NCBI GenBank assembly: GCA_947470575.1
Contig: CANITX010000002.1
Location: 1 to 52,713, forward strand
DNA: 52,713 nucleotides
Direction: 5' to 3'
Source of the DNA: Rhodospirillales bacterium
GTDB lineage: Bacteria > Pseudomonadota > Alphaproteobacteria > Rhodospirillales > CAMCUA01
Below the pieces are notes generated by a model. The model was not told the origin of the DNA. It searched no databases and saw nothing but the letters and a program-made list of their open reading frames with translations. Position 1 is the first letter of the stretch. Each line of letters begins with the position of its first letter. The position numbers were made by a program, and so were the translations under genes. Below, in pieces: positions 43,902 to 52,713 of this stretch.

Positions 43902-44549
43902 CTACCGAACTTCGCCGACCAGTGCGCGGACCCGCTCGCGCAGCGCCGGCACCACCTCGGCTTCGAACCAGGGGTTGCGTCGCTGCCAACCGGTGGTCCG
44001 CCAGCTCGGATGCGGGGTCGGAATAAAATCGGGGGCATGGTCGCGCCAGGCGGCGACCGTCTCGGTCATGGTCGGCTTGCGCGCCTTGCCCAGGTAGTGG
44101 GCCTGGGCATAGGAGCCGACCAGCAGGGTCAGGCGGATCGCCGGCATCACGGCGCGCAGCCGGGCGTGCCAGGTGGGCGCGCATTCGGGACGCGGCGGGT
44201 TGTCGCCGCCGCTGGCGGCACGCCCGGGATAGCAGAGACCCATCGGCATGATGGCGATACGGCTCGCGTCGTAGAAGACCTCGTGGTCCAGTGCCAGCCA
44301 ATCGCGCAGCCGGTCGCCGGAGGCGTCGTTCCAGGGGATGCCCGTCTCGTGCACCTTGGTGCCCGGTGCCTGGCCGACGATCAACAGGCGGGCGGTGGGC
44401 GATAGGCGAAATACCGGGCGCGGCCCGAGCGGCAGATGGGCCGCGCACAGAGTACAGGCGCGCGCTGCGTCCGCCGCCTGTTCCAACGATTCGACGGGCA
44501 AGGTCGTTGCGTCCGGCGATGTCTTGTTTGGCCTGCTCACCGGACGCAT
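43902..44549 (-). CDS. Uracil-DNA glycosylase superfamily protein
   Basis: 215-aa ORF. ..C..C......P.P.......A.LLIVGQAPG..VH.TG.P..D.SG.RL..WL.. (motif A region) and a C-terminal ..PTPHPS.R.. (motif B His). Confidence 0.75.
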   Translation of the reverse strand: MRPVSRPNKTSPDATTLPVESLEQAADAARACTLCAAHLPLGPRPVFRLSPTARLLIVGQAPGTKVHETGIPWNDASGDRLRDWLALDHEVFYDASRIAIMPMGLCYPGRAASGGDNPPRPECAPTWHARLRAVMPAIRLTLLVGSYAQAHYLGKARKPTMTETVAAWRDHAPDFIPTPHPSWRTTGWQRRNPWFEAEVVPALRERVRALVGEVR

Positions 44550-44593
44550 GTTATGCCAGGAGCCGGGAACGACGCCATGGAGGCCGATTTATT

Positions 44594-45262
44594 TTGACCA
44601 AGCATCGCCACCTGTTGATGTTCGATTGTGACGGTGTGCTGGTGGACAGCGAACTGTTGGGCAATCGAACGCTGGCTGCGGCCCTCGCGGAACATGGCTA
44701 CCCCATCACGCCGGAAGAATGCCGCCGCCGCTTCCTGGGCATGGCCCTACCGTCGGTATTCAAGACGGTGGGCGAGGAAATGGGCCGGCCATTGCCGTCG
44801 AATATCGAGGCGCGCATCCGTGCCCGCGATGACGAGACCTTCGGACAGGAGTTGCGAGCCATCGCGGGCATCCACCAGGTTCTCGATATTCTCGACGGGC
44901 CGCGCTGCGTGGCGTCTTCGGGCAGTATGGACAAGATGCGGTTCACCCTTAGTCACACCGGCCTGTGGGGCCGGTTCGCCCCGCATATCTTCAGCTCCCG
45001 CATGGTCGGCCGGGGCAAACCGGCACCGGATTTGTTCCTGCATGCGGCGCGGGAAATGGGGTCGGCCCCCGCCGATTGCGTGGTCGTGGAAGACAGCGTC
45101 AATGGCGTGCTCGCCGGACTGGCGGCGGGGATGACCGTTCTCGGTTTTACCGGCGGCGACCATTGCGATCCCGACCATGGGGCAAATCTGAGTCGGGCGG
45201 GTGCCCAAATGGTCTTTGCCGACATGCGCGCCCTGCCCGATGTGTTGCGTGGCTTAGGGTAA
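44594..45262 (+). CDS. HAD-superfamily hydrolase (subfamily IA, phosphatase/beta-phosphoglucomutase-like)
   Basis: Track ORF 44291..45262 trimmed. A TTG start at 44594 is proposed (GGAGG 10 nt upstream), giving (M)TKHRHLLMFDCDGVLVDSE. The first in-frame ATG (44618) would leave only one residue before the catalytic DxD. Motif III/IV region reads ..GRGKPAPDLF.. and ..VVVEDSVNGV.AG.AAGM. Confidence 0.75.
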   Translation: MTKHRHLLMFDCDGVLVDSELLGNRTLAAALAEHGYPITPEECRRRFLGMALPSVFKTVGEEMGRPLPSNIEARIRARDDETFGQELRAIAGIHQVLDILDGPRCVASSGSMDKMRFTLSHTGLWGRFAPHIFSSRMVGRGKPAPDLFLHAAREMGSAPADCVVVEDSVNGVLAGLAAGMTVLGFTGGDHCDPDHGANLSRAGAQMVFADMRALPDVLRGLG

Positions 45263-45793
45263 CAGCAACGGGTATTCCGCCAGCGCTTCATAGCGCGCGC
45301 CCTCTTCGCCCAGGTGGCTCTGGAACAGGGTGAAGGCTTGGACCTCGAACGACGGCGTGGCGATGCCGCCGTGGAGCGTCAGGTACTCGCGCAAGCGCTC
45401 GATGGGGGTGTTCTTGAGCCGGGCCAGCGTCACATGCGGTTTGAATTTGCGCCGTTCGCTGGGAAGGCCGCTGCGCACGGTTGCCGATTCGACTTTGCCA
45501 TGCAGGTGATCGAGCATCGAATTGGCGGCAGCGCCCATCCACAAGGCGCGTTGCGCGCGGTCGTTGCCGAAGGTGCCGAGACCGTCGAAGGCCAGGGTGA
45601 AGGCCGGTGCATGGATGGTGGAAAGCGCCGCATCCAGGTCCTCGGCCTCGCCGCGGTCAATTTCGCCGAGGAAGCGCAAGGTCAGGTGCAGATTTTCCGG
45701 CGGGATCCAGCGGGCGCCGGGCAGGCCGCTCGCGAAACGACCCAACGCGGCCCGTGCCTCATCCGGCAAGGCAATGGCGACGAACAGCCGCAT
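45254..45793 (-). CDS. thpR: RNA 2',3'-cyclic phosphodiesterase (2H phosphoesterase, LigT/ThpR)
   Basis: 179-aa ORF reading MRLFVAIALP.. with the two H-x-T-x motifs HLTLRF and HVTLAR. Confidence 0.88.
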   Translation of the reverse strand: MRLFVAIALPDEARAALGRFASGLPGARWIPPENLHLTLRFLGEIDRGEAEDLDAALSTIHAPAFTLAFDGLGTFGNDRAQRALWMGAAANSMLDHLHGKVESATVRSGLPSERRKFKPHVTLARLKNTPIERLREYLTLHGGIATPSFEVQAFTLFQSHLGEEGARYEALAEYPLLLP

Positions 45794-45824
45794 GGAATCG
45801 ATGTCCCCGGTGCTTCGGTCGGCG

Positions 45825-46940
45825 TTATGTGAACAGCGTCAACACACCAGTATATCCATAGATGCGGTCGCGCGATATTTCGCCATTGCCGAAGAAGCCG
45901 ATCAGAGGGACGGCCCCTAGAACCTCGCGGATCAAGGCGACTTCGCGGCCCTCGGCCCCGAACATGCTGGCGCCGCGCCCGACACAGGAAAAATAGAGCG
46001 CGCCGCGCGGTTCCCCGTTCAGGCGCTTGCGCAGGCGTTCCAGCATATGGCGCAGGTCTTCTTCGGCGCTTTGCGGGTCGCGACGCACGAACATCACGCG
46101 ATCGCCCTCGGACACCCGTTGGCCGATGGCCAGCCACCCCTTGGCGGGGTCGATGGCGACCAGGTTGCGCACGGTATAATCGCCGGTGTCGCTGCCGGTA
46201 ATGGGAAGGGCGGCATGGATATAGCCGCCGACCCGGTTGAGATTGCGGGCCAGCAGTTCGCCGATGTCGTTCTTGAAAACGTCGAGCGCCGGTTGCCCGT
46301 CGAGGGTCATCAGCACGTTTTCCGACGACTCGGTGATCGTGTGCACCGGACCGACCGGCGTGCAGCCCTGGGTCAGCCCGGTTGCCACCTCGATGGCTGG
46401 GTCGAACAGGACGCCGGAAACGCAACTGTCCTCCAGACGTCCGGCGATCTGAGGATTGCCGCGGCGCGATGCCGTCAGGCCGCCGACCAGGAAGCGCGTA
46501 CCTTCGTCGGACAAGGCTTCGATCAGGGCCGGCGTCAGGGCGTGGGTGGGGTCGCCGTGGATAACGCCGAAGGCGGGTGAATGGCGATCGATCCATGCGG
46601 AATCGCCGTCCGATATGCCGCCGAGATCATCGTGCAGCGCCGGCAGGATGCGGAAGCTATCGGTCGGCAAGGTCGCCACCATGGCGGCCACCGCCGGCTC
46701 GTCGAAATACTCGCGGTCATCGACACAGATGCCCATGCCGACGGTGCCTACCCATTCCAGGATGCCCGTTCGCTTGCGCATGACCTCCAGCACGTCGCCC
46801 AAATGTTCGGCCAGGTGGTCGGTGATGTAGAGAAATCCCAGCCGAACGCCGGCCGCCGAATCGCCGAGAATGTCGGCGCAGGTATTGGCAGCCTGGCGCC
46901 AATCGTCGCCGCCGGCATGGGCGGTGCGAAAGGGGGTCAT
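45825..46940 (-). CDS. FIST-domain (FIST_N + FIST_C) putative sensory protein, stand-alone
   Basis: 371-aa ORF. ..LGFLYITDHLAE.L..VLE..R..TGI..WVGTVG.GI.. and a C-terminal ..GALYFSCVGRG..MFG..G.E...I.E.LG.VPL.GFF..GEI fit FIST. No output domain is fused. Confidence 0.75.
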   Translation of the reverse strand: MTPFRTAHAGGDDWRQAANTCADILGDSAAGVRLGFLYITDHLAEHLGDVLEVMRKRTGILEWVGTVGMGICVDDREYFDEPAVAAMVATLPTDSFRILPALHDDLGGISDGDSAWIDRHSPAFGVIHGDPTHALTPALIEALSDEGTRFLVGGLTASRRGNPQIAGRLEDSCVSGVLFDPAIEVATGLTQGCTPVGPVHTITESSENVLMTLDGQPALDVFKNDIGELLARNLNRVGGYIHAALPITGSDTGDYTVRNLVAIDPAKGWLAIGQRVSEGDRVMFVRRDPQSAEEDLRHMLERLRKRLNGEPRGALYFSCVGRGASMFGAEGREVALIREVLGAVPLIGFFGNGEISRDRIYGYTGVLTLFT

Positions 46941-47026
46941 CGGGCGGACCGCATGGCGCGGCGGCAGGCGACGGAGGTGTTCATGGACACAGCGTGAGTT
47001 CTTCGGGCCGTTCCGTCAATGGCGTC

Positions 47027-47719
47027 TCAATTAGCAAGGCCGTCGATCAGCCGGGTGACGTGCGGCAGGATGCGTTTGACGATGACCTCGATCCCGCGGG
47101 CATTGGGATGCAAACGGTCGGGAAGGTTAAGGTCAGGGTCGGTCGCGACGCCGTCCAGAAAGAACGGATAGAGCGGCACGCCGTGTTTCGCCGCAACGCG
47201 AGGGTAGACATCCTCGAATTCGACACCGAACTCGACACCCAGGTTGGGTAACGCCTTCATGCCGGTCAGCAGCACGGCCACGCCAGCCATCTTCAATCGG
47301 CCGACGATGGCATCCAGATTAGCGAAGGTAACGGCGGGATCGAGCCCGCGCAGGCCGTCGTTCGCCCCCAGTTCGACGATGGCCGCACGCGGCTTGTCGG
47401 CCAGCGCCCATTCCAGCCGGGACCGGCCGCCGGCCGAGGTATCGCCGGAAACCCCCGCATTGATGACCCGAACATCGTATCCCTTGCTGCGCAATACGGT
47501 TTCCAGGCGCGTGGCGAAGGATTCCTCGCGAGCCAGCCCATAGCCGGCTGTCAGGCTGTCGCCCAGCGCCAACAACGTCACCGGGGCGGCCACGGCGGGC
47601 AATGACAAGACCGTGAGGAAGAACCCCGCGGCAAAGCATACGTTGACAAGCCCGGCGGCAGCCCCATATCGAATTCCGTTCGCCAAAATGCCCGACCCAG
47701 TGTTCCAGAACCCATTCAT
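47027..47719 (-). CDS. tesA: SGNH/GDSL hydrolase, TesA-like arylesterase/acyl-CoA thioesterase I
   Basis: Track ORF 47027..48466 trimmed to ATG 47719 (MNGFWNT.., N-terminal hydrophobic segment). It has block I LLALGDSLTAGYG, block II NAGVSGDT, block III ELGANDGLRG and block V D.LHPN..G. It is divergent from ybbA-ybbP, as in E. coli. Confidence 0.85.
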   Translation of the reverse strand: MNGFWNTGSGILANGIRYGAAAGLVNVCFAAGFFLTVLSLPAVAAPVTLLALGDSLTAGYGLAREESFATRLETVLRSKGYDVRVINAGVSGDTSAGGRSRLEWALADKPRAAIVELGANDGLRGLDPAVTFANLDAIVGRLKMAGVAVLLTGMKALPNLGVEFGVEFEDVYPRVAAKHGVPLYPFFLDGVATDPDLNLPDRLHPNARGIEVIVKRILPHVTRLIDGLAN

Positions 47720-47734
47720 GCAAAGGGGCCCAAG

Positions 47735-48469
47735 GTGGAGGTTAAGGAAAAAAACCGTGCCGCCATCCACCTGAGTGGCGTGCACCTTAGGCTCCCAAGC
47801 AGCGCCGGGTTGGTCAACATCCTCAACGGCATCGACCTGACCGTGACGGCGGGCGAGACGGTTGGCGTCGTCGGCCCGTCGGGTTCGGGCAAGACCAGTT
47901 TGCTGCTCATCATGGCCGGCCTGGAACGGGTCAGTGCCGGTTCGGTGACGGCGGCCGGAATCGAATTGACCCGCCTCAGTGAGGACGAACTGGCCCTTTT
48001 CCGGCGCGATCACGTCGGCATCGTCTTTCAGGATTTCCACTTGGTGCCGACCATGACGGCGTTGGAAAACGTCGCCATGCCGCTGGAATTTGCCGGCCGC
48101 GGCGATGCCTTCGAGCGCGCCCGCGAGCAACTGGTTGCGGTCGGCCTCGATCACCGTCTTAGGCACTATCCGGGGCAGTTGTCGGGTGGCGAGCAGCAGC
48201 GCGTGGCGCTCGCCCGTGCCTTCGTTGCCGAACCCGATATCCTGTTGGCTGACGAACCGACCGGTAACCTGGACGGCGCCACCGGCGAAACGGTGATGTC
48301 TCTGCTGTTCGACCTTCACCGGCGGCGCAATACCACGTTGATCCTGGTCACCCATGAAATGGCGCTGGCCGAGCGTTGCGGGCGAATCTTGCACATCGCC
48401 GACGGGAACATCGTTGGCGACGAGGCGCGGGTTGCCCCACCCGCGTTGGTCGGCGCGGCGCGGCAATGA
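47735..48469 (+). CDS. ybbA: ABC transporter ATP-binding protein (YbbA/LolD-like)
   Basis: GTG start at 47735. Walker [10 protein letters not shown], signature [14 protein letters not shown] and Walker [13 protein letters not shown] are present. Its stop overlaps the permease start (ATGA). Confidence 0.9.
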   Translation: MEVKEKNRAAIHLSGVHLRLPSSAGLVNILNGIDLTVTAGETVGVVGPSGSGKTSLLLIMAGLERVSAGSVTAAGIELTRLSEDELALFRRDHVGIVFQDFHLVPTMTALENVAMPLEFAGRGDAFERAREQLVAVGLDHRLRHYPGQLSGGEQQRVALARAFVAEPDILLADEPTGNLDGATGETVMSLLFDLHRRRNTTLILVTHEMALAERCGRILHIADGNIVGDEARVAPPALVGAARQ

Positions 48470-50997
48470 GCTCCGACATCGTTTTGGCGTTGCGCTTGGC
48501 GCGGCGCGAGTTGCGTGCCGGCACGCGAGGCTTTCGCGTGTTCATCGCCTGCCTGATCATCGGCGTCGCCGCTATCGTTGGGGTCGGTACCCTGTCGGCG
48601 TCGATCACTGCCGGCATCGATGCCGATGCCCGCGCCCTGCTCGGCGGCGACATCGAGGTGCGTCTGGAAGGCCGCGCCGCCACCGCCGGCGAATTGGCCT
48701 ATCTCCGCGATAACGCGGCGGCTGTCTCGACCGTCGTCGAGATGCGCGCCATGGCCCGCCGCGAAGGCAATGGCGGCGGCCGTTCGCTGATCGAACTGAA
48801 AGGTATCGACGGTCTCTATCCATTGGTCGGCGCAGCGCTCGTCGAACCGTCGATGGGGTTGAGTGACGCCCTGGCGAAACGGAACGGCACATGGGGCGCC
48901 CTGATTGCGCCGGCACTGCGAAGCAAGCTGAACATCGCCGTCGGCGACAGCCTCCGGGTGGGCGAGGCGACATTTGATGTGCGCGGCGTGTTGACCCGCG
49001 AGCCGGACGAGGTGGTCAGCTTTTTCGATCTCGGGCCGCGGGTGATGGTCGACCTTGGCGCCTTGGCGGATACCCAGCTGGTGCAACCCGGCAGTCAGTT
49101 TCAGTACCACTACCGTCTGCTGCTGACGGCCGGGGTTGCCCGGGCGGATTGGATCGCCGCCGTGGAGGCCGCTTATCCCCGCACCGGCTGGCGCGTCCGG
49201 CCGTTCGACGAAGCCGCGCCCGGCGTGCGCCGCTTCATCGACAACATGGGCTTGTTCCTGGTCTTTTCCGGCCTGACGGCGCTGTTGGTCGGCGGCATTG
49301 GCGTTGCCAATGCGGTCGGCAGCTACCTGGAGGCGAAGACCGCGACCATCGCTACCATGAAATGCATCGGTGCACCGTCGCGTCTGGTTTTCTTGACCTA
49401 CATGGCGCTGGTACTGGCGCTGGCGGCCGTCGGCATCGCTATCGGCTTGGTCATCGGCGGTGCGGCTCCGCTATTCGGCCTTTCCGCACTCGAACAGTAT
49501 CTGCCGGTGGCGCCGCGTATCGGCCTGTATCCGCAGCCGCTGATTACCGGCGCCGCTTTCGGCCTGTTGACGGTATTGACCTTCGCTCTGTGGCCATTGA
49601 CCCGGGCAACCGAAGTGCCGGCGGCGCGATTGTACCGGGATCAGGTGGCGCCGATGCCGGTGCGCCGCCGTGCGGTGGCGCTCTTCGCCATCGCCATCGG
49701 GGCGGTGGGCTTGGCGGCACTGACCTTCGTTACGGCTGCGCGACCGGATTTCGCCGCTTGGTTCGTCGGCTGTTCGGCGGCAACCCTTTTGGTGCTGCGC
49801 GGCGCCGGCCTGCTGGTGGTGCGCGGCGCCCGCCGGTTGCCCCGCCTGCGCCATGTCGAATGGCGCCTGGCGGTGGCCAATTTGCACCGGCCGGGCTCGA
49901 CGACGCCCAGCATCGTCGTCTCCCTCGGTCTCGGCCTTTCGGTGCTGGTCGCCGTCGCCCTGATTCAGGGCAACCTCAGCCGCCAGATCAGCGAGCGCCT
50001 GCCCGAACGCGCCCCGGCCTTCTTTTTCATCGATATCCAGCCGGATCAGGTGGCAGCCTTCGATGCCGCCGTTCGCGCTGTGCCGGGCGTCGAGGAATTG
50101 CGCCGGGTGCCGACACTGCGCGGCCGCGTCGTCGCCATCGCCGGCGTGCCTGTCGAAAAGGCGACAATCCATCCTGATTCCCAATGGGCGGTGCGCGGCG
50201 ATCGGGCTTTCACTTACAGCGCCGCGTTACCAGCCGGAGCACGGCTGGTTGCCGGCAAGTGGTGGCCTTCCGACTACGCGGGACCGCCGCTGATCTCGAT
50301 AGACGCCGCCATGGCGCGAGGGTTCGGCGTCGGCGTTGGCGACACCCTGACGCTCAGCATCCTCGGGCGCGATATCGAAGCGACCATCGGCAGCCTGCGC
50401 GAGATCGACTGGCGCAGCCTGCGTTTCGATTTCGCCATTATCTTTTCGCCGGGCGTGCTCGAAGGCGCCCCCCATACCCATATCGCCGCTGCCCAGGTGC
50501 GGCCGGAGGCGGAGGAAGCCACCGAGCGGGCAGGGACCGACGCCTTCCCGAATGTGTCGGCGGTTCGCGTACGCGAGGCGCTGGAGGCGGCGGCCCGTAT
50601 CCTGGAAGCGACCAGCGTTGCCGTCCGCTCCACCGCCGGGATCAGCATCGTCTCCGGCGTTTTGGTGCTGGCTGGCGCCATTGCCGCCGGCCAGCGCCGA
50701 CGCATATACGATTCGGTGGTGTTCAAGGTATTGGGCGCTACCCGGCGGACGATGACCCTGGCGTTCATGGCGGAATACGGCCTGCTCGGCCTGCTGACCG
50801 GGTCGATCGCCGCCGCGGTGGGCACGCTGATCGCCTGGGCGGTGATTGTCCACCTGATGAAGGCCGAATGGTTCTTCCTGCCGCCGGTAGTGGCCGTCAC
50901 CGTTGCCGCCAGCGTCGTTGTGACGATTGCTGTCGGTTTTGCCGGGACGTGGCGGGCGCTCGGCCAGAAGGCGGCCTTCTACCTGCGCAATGAATAG
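48466..50997 (+). CDS. ybbP: ABC transporter permease, duplicated FtsX/MacB-type (YbbP-like)
   Basis: Track ORF 48376..50997 trimmed to ATG 48466 ([39 protein letters not shown]..). The ~843-aa product has two FtsX-like 4-TM modules and large periplasmic loops. Confidence 0.85.
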   Translation: MSSDIVLALRLARRELRAGTRGFRVFIACLIIGVAAIVGVGTLSASITAGIDADARALLGGDIEVRLEGRAATAGELAYLRDNAAAVSTVVEMRAMARREGNGGGRSLIELKGIDGLYPLVGAALVEPSMGLSDALAKRNGTWGALIAPALRSKLNIAVGDSLRVGEATFDVRGVLTREPDEVVSFFDLGPRVMVDLGALADTQLVQPGSQFQYHYRLLLTAGVARADWIAAVEAAYPRTGWRVRPFDEAAPGVRRFIDNMGLFLVFSGLTALLVGGIGVANAVGSYLEAKTATIATMKCIGAPSRLVFLTYMALVLALAAVGIAIGLVIGGAAPLFGLSALEQYLPVAPRIGLYPQPLITGAAFGLLTVLTFALWPLTRATEVPAARLYRDQVAPMPVRRRAVALFAIAIGAVGLAALTFVTAARPDFAAWFVGCSAATLLVLRGAGLLVVRGARRLPRLRHVEWRLAVANLHRPGSTTPSIVVSLGLGLSVLVAVALIQGNLSRQISERLPERAPAFFFIDIQPDQVAAFDAAVRAVPGVEELRRVPTLRGRVVAIAGVPVEKATIHPDSQWAVRGDRAFTYSAALPAGARLVAGKWWPSDYAGPPLISIDAAMARGFGVGVGDTLTLSILGRDIEATIGSLREIDWRSLRFDFAIIFSPGVLEGAPHTHIAAAQVRPEAEEATERAGTDAFPNVSAVRVREALEAAARILEATSVAVRSTAGISIVSGVLVLAGAIAAGQRRRIYDSVVFKVLGATRRTMTLAFMAEYGLLGLLTGSIAAAVGTLIAWAVIVHLMKAEWFFLPPVVAVTVAASVVVTIAVGFAGTWRALGQKAAFYLRNE

Positions 50998-51074
50998 AGC
51001 CGACCTGGCACCGGATCATGTCCGAAAGCAGGCCACTTGGACGAGCTTCGGCGGCGAGAATCGTTCGCTTTCGG

Positions 51075-51103
51075 TTGAACCTCCTCTATTTCCTGCCATA
51101 TTA
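51075..51103 (+). promoter_or_regulatory. Candidate promoter for the BI-1/YccA gene (TTGAAC-N17-ATATTA)
   Basis: TTGAAC (51075-51080), a 17-nt spacer, then ATATTA (51098-51103). It lies about 85 nt upstream of ATG 51186. Confidence 0.35.
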
Positions 51104-51185
51104 ATTGCCAAACCGGCATCGCTCCCCACTGACCTCCGGTCGGCGGCGAGTTATGGTGCGTGAACGTAGTCGAGAGGAACTTGAT

Positions 51186-51920
51186 ATGGCGCTCGGATCA
51201 GACAAGCGGTTTTCACTCCGTACCGCGGAGATGACCCCCGCCCAGGCGGCAGCCGCCGATATCGATGTCGGCCTGCGCGCCTATATGCTGCAGGTTTACA
51301 ATTACATGGCTTCGGGCCTGGCGCTGACCGGCGCGGTGGCCTATGGCGTGTCGACGTCTCCAGCCTTCCTGCAGGCCATCTATGGAACACCGCTGATGTG
51401 GGTGGTGATGCTGGCGCCGTTGGGCCTGGTGTTCTTCCTCAGCGCGCGGATTCATCACATCAAGGCGAGCACGGCGCAGGCCCTGTTTTGGGTCTATGCG
51501 GCGCTGGTCGGGCTGTCGCTGGCCTCCATCTTCGTCGTCTATACGGGCACCAGCATCGCACGGGTCTTCTTTATCACGGCCGGCTCGTTCGCGGCGCTCA
51601 GCCTGTACGGCTACACCACCAAGCGCGACCTGTCGGCCTTCGGCTCGTTCCTGATGATCGGCCTGTTCGGCATCATCATCGCGAGCGTGGTCAACATCTT
51701 CATGGCGAGCAGCGCCCTGCAGTTCATGATCTCGGTGGTCGGCGTCTTGGTGTTCGCCGGGCTGACGGCCTATGACACTCAGAAGATCCGCGAGATCTAC
51801 AGCGAGGTGGACTCCTCCGAGGTGCATGGCAAGAAGGCCATCATGGGTGCGTTGAGCCTATACCTCGATTTCCTCAACTTGTTCCTGATGCTGATGAACC
51901 TGTTCGGCGAGCGCCGCTAA
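51186..51920 (+). CDS. Bax inhibitor-1/YccA family membrane protein
   Basis: Track ORF 51105..51920 trimmed to ATG 51186 (MALGSDKRFS..). ..GLRAYMLQVYNYMASGLALTG.. is followed by seven hydrophobic segments. The C-terminus ..GALSLYLDFLNLFLMLM..FG is typical of BI-1/YccA. Confidence 0.88.
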   Translation: MALGSDKRFSLRTAEMTPAQAAAADIDVGLRAYMLQVYNYMASGLALTGAVAYGVSTSPAFLQAIYGTPLMWVVMLAPLGLVFFLSARIHHIKASTAQALFWVYAALVGLSLASIFVVYTGTSIARVFFITAGSFAALSLYGYTTKRDLSAFGSFLMIGLFGIIIASVVNIFMASSALQFMISVVGVLVFAGLTAYDTQKIREIYSEVDSSEVHGKKAIMGALSLYLDFLNLFLMLMNLFGERR

Positions 51921-51953
51921 GCAGCGGTCTCCATCGCAGCGAAGGGTTATCGA

Positions 51954-51986
51954 CCGCCCGGGGGCAACCCCGGGCGGTTTTGCTTT
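51954..51986 (+). terminator. Rho-independent terminator after the BI-1/YccA gene
   Basis: A perfect 10-bp stem CCGCCCGGGG-GCAA-CCCCGGGCGG (51954-51977) is followed by TTTTGCTTT. Confidence 0.8.
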
Positions 51987-52713
51987 CAGCCGAGCCGGTC
52001 GGCCGGCGGGCGCCCGGCGAAGAAGGCATCGAGGTTGTCGAGCGCCCGAAAACCCATGGCGTTACGTGTCTCCAGCGTTGCTGAGCCCAAGTGCGGCGCT
52101 AGCATGACATTGGGCAGGGTGCGGTAACGGGCATCGAGCGCCGGTTCGCCGGTGAAGACGTCGAGCCCGGCAGCGGCCAGCTTGCCCGAACGGAGTGCGG
52201 CGATCAGCGCCTCGTCGTCGACGATGGCGCCGCGCGCCGTGTTGACGACCACCGCGCCGTCGGGCAGCTGGGCGATGCGTTCCGCGTTCAGCAACCGGTC
52301 GGTTTCCGGCGTCACCGGGCAGTGCAGGCTGAGGAAGTCGCTGACCGCCAGCAGGCTGTCGAGGTCGGCGTGAAAGACCGCGCCATGTTCTCTGTCGGCG
52401 GGCAGGCGCGTGCGGTTGTGGTAGTGGACTTTCATGTCGAAGCCGCGCGCCCGGCGGGCCATCGCCTGGCCGATGCGGCCCATGCCGACGATACCCAGAC
52501 GCTTGCCGGTGATATGGCTGCCCAGCATGTGGGTCGGCGTCCAACCAATCCACTGACCGGCGCGTACCAGGGCATCGGCCTCGGCGCCGCGCCGGGCGGC
52601 GCTCAGCATCAGCATCATTGCCTGATCTGCGGTGGAATCGGTCACCACGTCGGGTGTGTTGGTGACGACGATGCCGCGCCGGCCGGCGGCGGCGACATCG
52701 ATGTGTTCATAGC
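51986..52713 (-). CDS. D-isomer-specific 2-hydroxyacid dehydrogenase (glyoxylate/hydroxypyruvate reductase-like), C-terminal ~242 codons; N-terminus beyond right window edge
   Basis: Track ORF 51986..52648, but the frame stays open to the window end (..YEHIDVAAAGRRGIVVTNTPDVVTDSTADQAMMLML..). It has the Rossmann motif GIVGMGRIGQA and ..LAPHLGSAT.ETR. Confidence 0.85.
   Translation of the reverse strand, partial: YEHIDVAAAGRRGIVVTNTPDVVTDSTADQAMMLMLSAARRGAEADALVRAGQWIGWTPTHMLGSHITGKRLGIVGMGRIGQAMARRARGFDMKVHYHNRTRLPADREHGAVFHADLDSLLAVSDFLSLHCPVTPETDRLLNAERIAQLPDGAVVVNTARGAIVDDEALIAALRSGKLAAAGLDVFTGEPALDARYRTLPNVMLAPHLGSATLETRNAMGFRALDNLDAFFAGRPPADRLG

Overview
High-GC chromosomal segment of alphaproteobacterial type (G+C judged by eye, not computed). 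I call about 50 protein genes and one tRNA-Ala(CGC). I found no rRNA, CRISPR array, transposase, integrase or phage genes. Most long ORFs in the track that run opposite a convincing gene are high-GC antisense shadows. Many track ORFs also start too far upstream and were trimmed to starts supported by an SD, a signal peptide or a family N-terminus. Both window edges carry truncated genes missing from the track: kup (1-1224, minus) and a D-2-hydroxyacid dehydrogenase (51986-52713, minus).

Gene order, left to right:
- kup, a secreted protein with about 13 Sel1 repeats, TrmH-like and class I methyltransferases, a PF06042-like nucleotidyltransferase, acetoacetyl-CoA synthetase, YciI, YkvA, pterin-4a-carbinolamine dehydratase.
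- A translationally coupled operon: DUF1025 metallopeptidase, LonC-like protease, tandem USP.
- Nitroreductase and proline iminopeptidase.
- A roughly 12 kb accessory-looking block: four paralogous family-5 solute-binding proteins, two paralogous enolase-superfamily enzymes plus a 37-codon remnant of a third, a class II aldolase, a D-2-hydroxyacid dehydrogenase and a FadR-type GntR regulator. It has no ABC permease or ATPase.
- cspA plus an untracked 45-aa lysine-rich ORF.
- A minus-strand string NHL-propeller, APH-fold kinase, fused indolepyruvate:ferredoxin oxidoreductase, RraA-like, TauD-like, divergent from cupin and acyl-CoA dehydrogenase.
- tRNA-Ala, then housekeeping genes: M14/DUF2817, ialB-like, rlmN, two small membrane paralogs, argG, UDG-family, HAD, thpR, FIST, tesA-ybbA-ybbP, BI-1/YccA.

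Best candidates for something undescribed:
1. The SBP/enolase paralog array, with conserved ~180-nt 5' leaders and SBP-proximal terminators.
2. The DUF1025-LonC-USP operon.
3. The IOR/kinase/ACAD/NHL/cupin/TauD/RraA cluster.

All functional calls rest on motif recognition in the translations. No database search was run.
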